From assembly GCA_964534855.1 (NCBI GenBank), contig CAZHRM010000002.1, positions 1-35,952 on the forward strand: a DNA stretch of 35,952 nt. Reading direction: 5' to 3'. How positions within the stretch are numbered: the stretch's first letter is position 1; each line of letters opens with the position of its first letter. This document shows, one piece after another, positions 8,660 to 15,790 of this stretch. The notes beneath the pieces were generated by a model. That model was not told where the DNA came from, searched no databases, and worked only from the letters and a program-made list of their open reading frames with translations. The stretch is from Candidatus Woesearchaeota archaeon. GTDB taxonomy: Archaea > Nanobdellota > Nanobdellia > Pacearchaeales > GW2011-AR1. A program made the position numbers and the translations under genes.

Positions 8660-9670
8660 TCATTTTTTATATTTTTCTAATATTTCTCTTTTGAATTCCC
8701 TTATTCTTTTTTCTTTTTTCTCTTTTTCTTCCCGACTTTTCTCTTTTCCTTCATGACCTTTTTTAAAATCTTTTTTAGTAGTCTCTTTTAATCTTCCTAG
8801 ATTAAAATTATTTCCTTGTAATAATTGTTGGATTATTTTATCCTTTGATTTTTTTGTTTTAATAAAGTAATATATTCCCCATCCAAAAATAATGATTATT
8901 AATATTGTGAGAATAATTGCTCCAATATTTGATTTTTTCTTTAATACATTGAGACTTACATTTGTTTTTATTTCATTATCTCCATAATCATCCTTGTATG
9001 AAATAGTAACTGGAAATTCAAATTCTCCTGCTTTATCTACAATAAATGTTAAAACAGCAGGGCCGTCTTCATCTGAATCAAGTGCACCAATGAATGATTG
9101 TTTTAATCCTTGAAAGGGATGGTCTGCATACACACTTACTGATTTTGCAGTTCCATCTCCAGTATTTTCTATTCTTAGAGTTAGTTCAACAGTTTCTCCT
9201 TCTATTGGGAGTACAGGATTAGTTTTAAGAGAAGCGATACTTAATTCTGCTTCTTCTCCTATTACATTAAAAGTAATATTATAATTTCTTATTATTGAAT
9301 ATTCTTTTTCTCCATAAAATAGCCTTGTTTTAATTATATGGGTTCCTGGTTGAGCATCTTCAGTTGTCTTCATATGATAAGTAATAAATCTCTCGCTATT
9401 TCCATAATATAATTTAGAAATATTAATAATTAAAGGTTCTTTAATGGTAATATCTGTTGGAGGATTTAGTAATTCAAAAGAAACATATCCGGGCATTTTA
9501 TTCCCACAATTTTCAATTTGCACTCCTACTGTAAACTCTTCTCCAATTCCAATTGAACTTGGGCTAATGTCTGATACTCCTGCTGTTACACAATAACCTT
9601 CATTTAAAGCAATTACATTGCCAATAAGAAAACAAAAAAGTCCAATTAGGATAATTAATTTAAATTTCAT
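8660..9670 (-). CDS. Secreted CARDB/S-layer-like (COG1361-like) protein with a C-terminal TM anchor and Lys/Glu-rich tail
   Basis: Signal peptide MKFKLIILIGLFCFLIGNVIA, then two Ig-like modules (EEFTVGVQIENCG..., ETVELTLRIENTGDGTAKSV), a TM (IGAIILTILIIIIFGWGIYYFI) and a charged tail. Confidence 0.65.
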   Translation of the reverse strand: MKFKLIILIGLFCFLIGNVIALNEGYCVTAGVSDISPSSIGIGEEFTVGVQIENCGNKMPGYVSFELLNPPTDITIKEPLIINISKLYYGNSERFITYHMKTTEDAQPGTHIIKTRLFYGEKEYSIIRNYNITFNVIGEEAELSIASLKTNPVLPIEGETVELTLRIENTGDGTAKSVSVYADHPFQGLKQSFIGALDSDEDGPAVLTFIVDKAGEFEFPVTISYKDDYGDNEIKTNVSLNVLKKKSNIGAIILTILIIIIFGWGIYYFIKTKKSKDKIIQQLLQGNNFNLGRLKETTKKDFKKGHEGKEKSREEKEKKEKRIREFKREILEKYKK

Positions 9671-9726
9671 TTTTACCTCTTTTTATTAAACCTATAAGTA
9701 AGTAATGTTTTATAAAATTATTGGAA

Positions 9727-9902
9727 TGCCCCCGCCGGGATTTGAACCCGGGTCGCCACCGTTCTCTAAATTCATCCTAAATTTTTAATTAAGGATGATG
9801 AGGTTGCATTTAGATGCATAGACCTCCTCTCTCATCGAGATTAGATCACCTCTCTCTATTTTCTTGAGAGGGTGGTATCCTTGGCCTCTAGACTACAGGG
9901 GC
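9727..9902 (-). tRNA. tRNA-Glu(CUC) with an intron of about 103 nt in the anticodon loop
   Basis: The reverse complement reads GCCCCTG TA GTCT AGAGGCCAA GGAT A CCACC CTCTCA[intron]GGTGG CGAC CCGGG TTCAAAT CCCGG CGGGGGC A. All four stems pair, the variable loop is 4 nt as is typical for Glu, and the mature length is about 73 nt out of 176 nt. Confidence 0.85.
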
Positions 9903-9923
9903 ATTAATAGAAATTATTATTAG

Positions 9924-9935
9924 ATATATAAAAAG
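9924..9935 (-). promoter_or_regulatory. TATA-like box upstream of tRNA-Glu(CUC)
   Basis: On the minus strand TTTTTATATAT is centred about 27 nt upstream of the tRNA 5' end (9902). Confidence 0.45.
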
Positions 9936-10469
9936 TTATCTTTCAATCTTTTTTCTGCCTTTAATTATTATTGAAGGATTTCCTGACAATTTTCCTGCGT
10001 CAATTATAAAATCCACTTGATTTAAAATTTCGTTATTTATTTCTTTTATACTGCTGGCAGGTTTTTTCCCTGATAAATTTACAGAGGTTGTGATTATTGG
10101 CTTTTTTGTTTTTTGAAGTAGCTTTGTAAATGGATGCTTTGGAATTCTTATTCCAATGTATTCTGTGTCTGAAATATGTTTTAGGAAATTTTTATCCTTC
10201 TTTTTTAGAATCAATGTATAGGGTCCTGGAAGATATTTTTTTAGAGTATCTTTATTTACTTTACAATTTTTTAGAATATACTGTATGCTTGGAGCTATTA
10301 TTGAGAAAGGCTTATTATCTCTTCCTTTGATTTTTCTAATTCTTTCGGCATTTTTAATGTTCTTAGCATTGCTTCCAATTCCATAAATAGTGTCTGTTGG
10401 GTATATAAATATTTTATTAGAAATTTTGGAGATTATACTATCAGTTACTTCTTCTAGTTGGATTATCAT
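9936..10469 (-). CDS. tsaC: YrdC/TsaC-type L-threonylcarbamoyladenylate synthase (single-domain Sua5/YrdC)
   Basis: 177 aa with the YPTDTIYGIG, KGRDNKPFSI and ITTSVNLSGK motifs of the YrdC fold. There is no C-terminal SUA5 domain. Confidence 0.75.
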   Translation of the reverse strand: MIIQLEEVTDSIISKISNKIFIYPTDTIYGIGSNAKNIKNAERIRKIKGRDNKPFSIIAPSIQYILKNCKVNKDTLKKYLPGPYTLILKKKDKNFLKHISDTEYIGIRIPKHPFTKLLQKTKKPIITTSVNLSGKKPASSIKEINNEILNQVDFIIDAGKLSGNPSIIIKGRKKIER

Positions 10470-10480
10470 TCGCTTTAGAT

Positions 10481-10735
10481 TTATTCTGCTAGGAAAACTT
10501 TGTCATTAGGTCTTACTTTTTCAGGAACTTTTATTCCGATGTGGTCTCCTTTTTTCGCTTGTTTTATGTCTTTTCTTTCTATCTGTATGCTTTTTATTTC
10601 CTGTTCAAAGTCAGTTGTGTGCCCTCTTATGTGTATCTTGTCCCCTATTTTCAGCTTGCCTGAAAGTTTTATAGCAGCTACTTCAGCATGGCTAAAGTAA
10701 CTAGAAACAACTCCTATTTCTTTTTCTTCTGCCAT
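10481..10735 (-). CDS. Small beta-barrel protein resembling EF-Tu domain 2 (translation-factor-like)
   Basis: 84 aa. The IGVV..YF....VAAIKL.G.LKIGDKI.I.G........I.S.Q.....I..A.KGD.IGIKV pattern resembles stand-alone GTP_EFTU_D2-like proteins. It sits immediately upstream of tsaC. Confidence 0.5.
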   Translation of the reverse strand: MAEEKEIGVVSSYFSHAEVAAIKLSGKLKIGDKIHIRGHTTDFEQEIKSIQIERKDIKQAKKGDHIGIKVPEKVRPNDKVFLAE

Positions 10736-10801
10736 GTTTTATTGAGATTAAATAGATATTTAAATTTATTGATTATGGATTTTGTGTGAATAATTAGTAA
10801 G

Positions 10802-10810
10802 TTTTTAATA
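10802..10810 (+). promoter_or_regulatory. TATA-like box upstream of tRNA-Gln
   Basis: TTTTTAATA ends 24 nt upstream of the tRNA 5' end at 10834. Confidence 0.45.
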
Positions 10811-10833
10811 GCTGTTAGTTGTTGGTAAATTAC

Positions 10834-10906
10834 AGCCCTATAGTACAGCGGTCAAGTATGCGAGACTCTGGCTCTCGTGACCCAGGTTCGAATCCTGGTA
10901 GGGCTA
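10834..10906 (+). tRNA. tRNA-Gln(CUG), no intron
   Basis: AGCCCTA TA GTAC AGCGGTCAA GTAT G CGAGA CTCTGGC TCTCG TGAC CCAGG TTCGAAT CCTGG TAGGGCT A. It has an A1-U72 pair and G37, as in archaeal tRNA-Gln. Confidence 0.9.
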
Positions 10907-10943
10907 TAGAAATCTTTTTATACTTTTTGTTCTTCTATTTGTT

Positions 10944-11249
10944 ATGGTGATTGGAATTACTCTCTTTGTTATAGCTATATTAATCATAGCAATATGGGTA
11001 ATAATAGAAATAAAGAGATTCAGGCATAAATTATTTGCTATATTCTTAATAGCTTTAATATTGTTTGTATATATTAGTTTTACCTTTACTATCAGGGGGC
11101 AGGACGTAGACTTTAAAACTTTTCCAGGACTGATGAAAGCAACCAAACTTTATTTTTCTTGGCTCGGTTCTGCTTTCGGAAATTTAAAATCAATAACAAC
11201 CAATGCTGTTCGTATGGATTGGAGAGTTAATGAATCTGTGGGTGGATAG
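10944..11249 (+). CDS. Small membrane protein (101 aa), paralogue of the next gene
   Basis: Multi-TM. The C-terminal YFSWLGSAFGNLKSITTNAVRMDW aligns with YVIWINQIYLNFQILTGDIVKLDW of the downstream ORF. A TATA-like CTTTTTATAC lies about 25 nt upstream. Confidence 0.5.
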   Translation: MVIGITLFVIAILIIAIWVIIEIKRFRHKLFAIFLIALILFVYISFTFTIRGQDVDFKTFPGLMKATKLYFSWLGSAFGNLKSITTNAVRMDWRVNESVGG

Positions 11250-11256
11250 TCAGAAA

Positions 11257-11454
11257 ATGAAGGTTTTAGTAGTCATTTTAATGTTTTTTGTTATTAGTGC
11301 TTTAATGATAATCAGCAACAATGATTTGGCAATGCTTAAAAAAGGGAATATAGAGAAGTTTTCTGAATCATATGTGATATGGATTAATCAGATTTATCTA
11401 AATTTTCAAATACTAACTGGAGATATTGTGAAGTTGGACTGGCTTCCGAAGTAA
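11257..11454 (+). CDS. Small membrane protein (65 aa), paralogue of the previous gene
   Basis: I prefer the ATG at 11257 (MKVLVVILMFFVISALMII...) over the track start at 11203, which overlaps the upstream gene. It shares the C-terminal W...N..(I/L)T...V(K/R).DW motif. Confidence 0.45.
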   Translation: MKVLVVILMFFVISALMIISNNDLAMLKKGNIEKFSESYVIWINQIYLNFQILTGDIVKLDWLPK

Positions 11455-11502
11455 ACTTTAAAAACTCTGTATTCTAAATTATGTAGAAGAGGATGATGAA
11501 TA

Positions 11503-11802
11503 ATGGTTAAAAAAAAGAGTGTGAAGAAACCTAAAAGAAAAACAACTAAAAAGAGAGTTTCTAGAGCCACTAATAAATCTAAAAGATTAGTTCGTGCCAG
11601 TAAGAGAAAGATTAATCTGGTTTTGAAGAATTTGATTTTATTTGTAATTTTGTTTGTTTTATCTTTTGTTTTATATTCTGTTTCAGGACAAGAGATGTAT
11701 GTGAATTTATTTGGTTTGCTTTCAGTTATTCTTGGATTTATTGGTGTTGCATTTTTAATAGTTCTTCTGGTTTTTCTTTTTTTGAAAGCAATGAATAAGT
11801 GA
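11503..11802 (+). CDS. Small membrane protein with a highly basic N-terminus (99 aa)
   Basis: MVKKKSVKKPKRKTTKKRVSRATNKSKR... followed by two TM helices. No family recognised. Confidence 0.5.
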   Translation: MVKKKSVKKPKRKTTKKRVSRATNKSKRLVRASKRKINLVLKNLILFVILFVLSFVLYSVSGQEMYVNLFGLLSVILGFIGVAFLIVLLVFLFLKAMNK

Positions 11803-11912
11803 AGTTTGGAGTAAGAAAATATTTATAATCTTGTTCTTGTAAATTATAATTGTGCATGCCTCAATTCGGCATCACGCTCGGATTGGTAGATAAACAATTG
11901 TCATCGTGTAAT

Positions 11913-12038
11913 GCCTCAGTAGCTCAGTTGGTTAGAGCACTTCGTTGGTAACTTAAAAATCTATTGATTTTTTAGGTGTTCAGATTGTTGAACAATCCAA
12001 AAACGAAGAGGTCCTGAGTTCAAGTCTCAGCTGAGGCT
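11913..12038 (+). tRNA. tRNA-Thr(GGU) with an intron of about 52 nt at the canonical 37/38 position
   Basis: GCCTCAG TA GCTC AGTTGGTTA GAGC A CTTCG TTGGTA[intron about 11951..12002]A CGAAG AGGTC CTGAG TTCAAGT CTCAG CTGAGGC T. The mature length is 74 nt. Confidence 0.85.
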
Positions 12039-12040
12039 TA
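12028..12040 (+). repeat. Direct repeat copy 1 (CAGCTGAGGCTTA), the 3' end of tRNA-Thr
   Basis: An exact 13-mer copy lies at 12661..12673. Confidence 0.8.
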
Positions 12041-12046
12041 TTTTTT
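12041..12046 (+). terminator. Oligo-T tract after tRNA-Thr
   Basis: TTTTTT lies directly downstream of the tRNA. Archaeal RNAP terminates at T-tracts. Confidence 0.4.
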
Positions 12047-12111
12047 AAGAAAAGTAAAAAATCATCTGATTATTTAGTAAGGTTTATTAATTGATTTTTG
12101 TTAATAATGAT

Positions 12112-12597
12112 ATGAAGAAAGGAACAATTTTGATTATTTTAGGAATATTAGTATTATTATTAGTTGGTTCTTATTTTTTATTCAATAAAGATGATTCTGA
12201 TATAGAGAAACCTAGATATAATTCTGAGATGGAAAAATCTTTTAGAGTGATAGTAGAAAGTGAACTAACCAAACAGCAGTCTATAGAATATGGTTTAGTA
12301 CTCAAGAAATTATTTGTTTCAAATACTTGGAGTAAGGAAGATGGAACTCTTTATAAAACTCAAGGATACATCTTACTTACAACTGAAAAAGAGCTCACTG
12401 ATGAGGATTTTGATGATACAGAAGGTTTAGAAAGAGTCTTTAGAAGTATATCAGAAAGCATACAACAACAATATCTTGAAGAATATAAATCGGATTCTTC
12501 TTCATGGGTTACTTTTGAAATAAAATCTCCTAACTATCCTCCAGCAGGTTCGAGATTATCAAAAGAAGGATTTGAATATTTAGGATTTAAAGTGTAA
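12112..12597 (+). CDS. Hypothetical N-terminally TM-anchored protein (161 aa)
   Basis: I prefer the ATG at 12112 (MKKGTILIILGILVLLLVGSYFLF...). This is the only ORF between the two copies of the tRNA-Thr 3'-end repeat. Confidence 0.55.
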   Translation: MKKGTILIILGILVLLLVGSYFLFNKDDSDIEKPRYNSEMEKSFRVIVESELTKQQSIEYGLVLKKLFVSNTWSKEDGTLYKTQGYILLTTEKELTDEDFDDTEGLERVFRSISESIQQQYLEEYKSDSSSWVTFEIKSPNYPPAGSRLSKEGFEYLGFKV

Positions 12598-12660
12598 ACA
12601 TTCACATATTAATTTATTTCTTAATCTCAAAGCCTAAAAAATAAACCAATCACAAATCCC

Positions 12661-12673
12661 CAGCTGAGGCTTA
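12661..12673 (+). repeat. Direct repeat copy 2 (CAGCTGAGGCTTA)
   Basis: Exact copy of 12028..12040, 633 bp downstream, with no tRNA body attached. Confidence 0.8.
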
Positions 12674-12674
12674 C

Positions 12675-12684
12675 ATTTATAAAA
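12675..12684 (+). promoter_or_regulatory. TATA-like box upstream of the 12705 ORF
   Basis: ATTTATAAAA ends 21 nt upstream of the ATG at 12705 and directly abuts repeat copy 2. Confidence 0.45.
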
Positions 12685-12704
12685 CTCTAGTCTTAAGTTT
12701 CAGG

Positions 12705-13190
12705 ATGGCAAAAGAATCTGATTTGGAGAATTTAAAGAAGGATTATTTAGTGGTTCAGAAGAAATATAATCTGCCTAGTTTTGAGAATCTTAATGAGGAT
12801 TTTCAGATAGAAAAAATTGCAGAAGTTGAGACAGATATTTTGATAAGAGAAGTAAGGAAATTCATAGCAGATAAGTTTTCTAATTATCTGAGATTTGTTG
12901 AAACTATTTTAAATCCAGCAAATGCGCCCATGTTTGTTTTTTCTATTATCAAGTCAATAGGTGTTGAAGAAAAAAAGAAGTTGGTGGAGATTTATAAGGA
13001 ATTGACAAAAACTGAGATTAGGTTGATTGAGTTGGATACTGATTTTTTTGAAGAAAAAGAAGCAGAATTTATTAAAGAATCTTACGAAATTTGGCAGAAA
13101 ATAAAAAAAGATGTTTTGGAAGTTGTTGAAGTCATAAAGAAAAATTTGGATAATAAGTTTGAAGTAAATGGAAAGAGTTATTTTGGGTGA
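12705..13190 (+). CDS. Hypothetical acidic helical protein (161 aa)
   Basis: Intact ORF with a well-placed TATA. No family recognised. Confidence 0.55.
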   Translation: MAKESDLENLKKDYLVVQKKYNLPSFENLNEDFQIEKIAEVETDILIREVRKFIADKFSNYLRFVETILNPANAPMFVFSIIKSIGVEEKKKLVEIYKELTKTEIRLIELDTDFFEEKEAEFIKESYEIWQKIKKDVLEVVEVIKKNLDNKFEVNGKSYFG

Positions 13191-13296
13191 AATTTGCTCC
13201 TCGCCTCCAGCTCGTTCGATATGAAAATTTGTTAATAAAATATTAATCAAAGATTTTGTATTAATTACTTACATTAATTTGCGAGCGACAGTGAGT

Positions 13297-14931
13297 CTAT
13301 TGAATCAATTCATTAAAAATTTCTTCCAATCCAATTTCAAAAATAGCGACAGGCATTTTGATTTTCCAGTTCTTTAATATTTTTGGATGAATTTCTCCCA
13401 TAAATCCTACTTGTTTATTATTGATAAATATGTCTGCAACCCTCCCTTCTATGAAATGCTGCGGAAATTCTTCTGATTCTTTTAGATTTATTTTAATGCC
13501 AATCATTCTTGACAGATATTCTAATATTTGTCTTATTTGTGTAAAATTTCCAGGAGCGAGCGCTACTCCAAGAGCCTCTGTTTCATTTGGCTGAAAAATC
13601 TTTCCAATCTCAAAGATTGATTGGGGATATTCTGAATTCTTATTTTCTGAAAGAATCTTCAATAAATAATGTGTCAGGTCTTTTCTTAAAATTGTATAAT
13701 CTGTTTTTGATTCTTCAATTTCTACAAAGTTTTTTTCCTGCTTTTCCTGTATTCCCATTTTTTTAAACTGGTCTCTTTCATTTGTTAGATGATAATTTGA
13801 AATTTCTAACATATTCAGTCCTGCAAGAACTCTTGAGATATTTCTTTTGAGTGTTTCTTTGGAATTTTCCTCGCCAATAGTTGATATCTCTGGAATTTCT
13901 GGAATAAAATTTTCATAACCATATGCAATTGCGACATCTTCAATCAAATCAACTTCATGCAGAAAGTCTGTTCTCCAAGGAGGAACTTCAATAATGTTTT
14001 TATTATAATTATAACCCATTCTTTTAATTAATTGTTTAAGTTGTTTTTTATTAAGGTTTAATCCTAATAGTTTGTTTGTATTTTCTAAGGATATTTTTGT
14101 TTTTTCAGGAGTCAAGTCAGGAGTGATTTTTTTATTTTTATATTTAAGCTCCATTTGGTAAATTCTTCCTCCCATATCTGCTAAACTTGTTACAATTATG
14201 TTAAGGCATTTTTTTAGTATTTCAAAGTCAAAACCAGAACACTCTATAAAAACATCTTTTGTTTTTTCAGTTATTTTTCCTGTTAATTGAGAATTGATTA
14301 TTGGAGGCATACTTAGTATGTTTTTATTATCGTCGATAAAAATTGGAAATTTTGCTTTTCCTGCTAAAAGATGGGCGTACTCTCTTCCGGTTGGATGCCG
14401 TTGGAGAATCTGAAGTCCAGACATCTCTCTGTTAGTTTCCAGAGGAATAAATTTTATTTTGTCAGGTTCTAAAGCTTTGAAGGTTATTGGTAATTTGATT
14501 TTTTCTAAGGGATAAATACCTATCGCAATTTTCTTCCTCTTCCTTCCAATAGTAATATGTAATTTTTCTTGGATTTCAATTACTTCTTTTATTTTTTCGT
14601 CGTTGAATTTTAGTCCTTTAACAATAGCACAAGCTGTGTAAGGTCTAATATCTTTTACTGAATTGTCTATAAAAATTTTATAATTTTTCTTTGGCTTGTT
14701 TATTTTATATTCTTTAAGCCCTGTTTTCTTTCCTAAAAAAGCGAGGAAGGAACGTTTGAATCCTTGATGAGAGAGCAAATCTGGTCTGTTCGGGAAAACT
14801 TCAATTTGAATTTCTTTGTCACTGATTTCTTCAATTGGAGTTCCAAACATCGCAATTTTATTTTGCATTTTCTCGTCAAACTTTCCTATTTCTTTTTCAA
14901 ATTCTTTTTTGTTTATGTTTATTATTGCCAT
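13297..14931 (-). CDS. pheT: Phenylalanyl-tRNA synthetase beta subunit, archaeal type
   Basis: 544 aa. The N-terminus MAIININKKEFEKEIGK..., the FPNRPDLLSHQGF motif, the B3/4-B5-like arrangement and the size fit archaeal PheT. It shares an operon with pheS. Confidence 0.85.
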   Translation of the reverse strand: MAIININKKEFEKEIGKFDEKMQNKIAMFGTPIEEISDKEIQIEVFPNRPDLLSHQGFKRSFLAFLGKKTGLKEYKINKPKKNYKIFIDNSVKDIRPYTACAIVKGLKFNDEKIKEVIEIQEKLHITIGRKRKKIAIGIYPLEKIKLPITFKALEPDKIKFIPLETNREMSGLQILQRHPTGREYAHLLAGKAKFPIFIDDNKNILSMPPIINSQLTGKITEKTKDVFIECSGFDFEILKKCLNIIVTSLADMGGRIYQMELKYKNKKITPDLTPEKTKISLENTNKLLGLNLNKKQLKQLIKRMGYNYNKNIIEVPPWRTDFLHEVDLIEDVAIAYGYENFIPEIPEISTIGEENSKETLKRNISRVLAGLNMLEISNYHLTNERDQFKKMGIQEKQEKNFVEIEESKTDYTILRKDLTHYLLKILSENKNSEYPQSIFEIGKIFQPNETEALGVALAPGNFTQIRQILEYLSRMIGIKINLKESEEFPQHFIEGRVADIFINNKQVGFMGEIHPKILKNWKIKMPVAIFEIGLEEIFNELIQ

Positions 14932-15404
14932 TTTTTCTGTTTATCTCTAAGATTTTTTTGCAAGATAGTTTCTATTTGTGAAGGGGAATATAATGTTTCT
15001 TTTTTAATAATTTTGAAACCTTCTTTTAAAAGAAAATTAACCATCTTGTTATTATGAGTATCTTCCTGAATTATTTTAAAATTTTGTTTTTTAGCATATT
15101 GTTCTAGGATATTGTATAATAATGATCCTATGCCTTTCTTTTCATTTACTGAAGAAATCCGGAAATTTTTCATTTCTAATATGCTCTTTTCTTTTTTATG
15201 AGGCTGGAAAATAATAACCCCCCCTATATCTAAATCCTTTTTGTAATAAAATGCTTTTTTATAATTAGATTCTAATTCTTTTTTACATTTCTCAACCCAT
15301 TTATTATAATTAGGATAATCCAAATCAAAAGATTTGATATATTTAGAGATTTCCATAATTTCTTTAGGAGAACTTGCTAATTCTATCAGTGACTCTATTC
15401 TCAT
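14922..15404 (-). CDS. GNAT-family N-acetyltransferase (160 aa)
   Basis: Acetyl-CoA binding motif A-like NEKKGIGSLLYNILEQYAKK, followed by FLLKEGFKI. Its start overlaps the ASCH stop (ATGA) and its stop overlaps the pheT start by 10 nt. Confidence 0.65.
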   Translation of the reverse strand: MRIESLIELASSPKEIMEISKYIKSFDLDYPNYNKWVEKCKKELESNYKKAFYYKKDLDIGGVIIFQPHKKEKSILEMKNFRISSVNEKKGIGSLLYNILEQYAKKQNFKIIQEDTHNNKMVNFLLKEGFKIIKKETLYSPSQIETILQKNLRDKQKKWQ

Positions 15405-15775
15405 TTTTTATTCAATTCCCAAAAACCAAGATTTCCTTTATGTTTGATTTTTTCTATTCTTTGAGGGTTTTTTAAAATAAATCCTTTATTTCCCCACTCC
15501 TTTCCAGCTAAATGTAAATCTTTATCTTTTAGAAATTCATCATCATTTTTGTATGCTTTCACATCAACTAGTTTTGCTTTCCCTATGACAAATCCATTAG
15601 GCAGATTCTCAAATCCAAATTTTTTCATAGCATCTTTGTCAGGTACTTTTGAACTATGAATTAAAAATTCTCCTCTAAACTTTGTATTCCATTTTCTGAT
15701 TTCTATTTTTTTTCTTCCCCGTAAAATTAATTCCGCCCATGGTTGTTTTATTGATAGTGTTTTCATTTTATCCAA
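15401..15775 (-). CDS. ASCH-domain (PUA-like fold) protein (124 aa)
   Basis: LSIKQPWAELILRGRKKIEIRKW...GEFLIHSS matches the ASCH N-terminal signature (QPWA..I..G.K..E.R). Confidence 0.7.
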   Translation of the reverse strand: MDKMKTLSIKQPWAELILRGRKKIEIRKWNTKFRGEFLIHSSKVPDKDAMKKFGFENLPNGFVIGKAKLVDVKAYKNDDEFLKDKDLHLAGKEWGNKGFILKNPQRIEKIKHKGNLGFWELNKK

Positions 15776-15790
15776 AATTTCATTTGAAGT

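Noticed and set aside
9765-9868. Possible box C/D guide RNA inside the tRNA-Glu(CUC) intron, by analogy with the Haloferax tRNA-Trp intron.
   Set aside because: The best C-box candidate is CGATGAG (5 of 7 positions against RUGAUGA). I found no CUGA D box in the intron and no terminal kink-turn arrangement. It remains possible only with a very degenerate motif.
11873-11895. Possible degenerate copy of the tRNA-Gln 3' end (CACGCTCGGATTGGTAGATAAAC versus CAGGTTCGAATCCTGGTAGGGCTAT), which would bracket the three small membrane genes as a third cassette.
   Set aside because: Only about 14 of 23 positions match and a 2-nt gap is needed. This is not distinguishable from chance by eye, so I do not claim it.
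12651-12673. The second copy of the tRNA-Thr 3' end as a split-tRNA 3' half or tRNA pseudogene.
   Set aside because: Upstream of the 13-mer there is no T-stem 5' strand complementary to CCCAG and no T-loop or anticodon arm. Only the terminal 13 nt are shared, so it is a repeat or scar and not a tRNA half.
13191-13296. G/C-enriched words (CTCCTCGCCTCCAGCTCG and GCGAGCGACAGTGAG) in the convergent gap between ORF 12705..13190 and pheT, as a possible bidirectional terminator hairpin or ncRNA.
   Set aside because: Only about 5 bp (CTCGC/GCGAG) can pair, across a loop of about 75 nt. No convincing structure or repeat is present.
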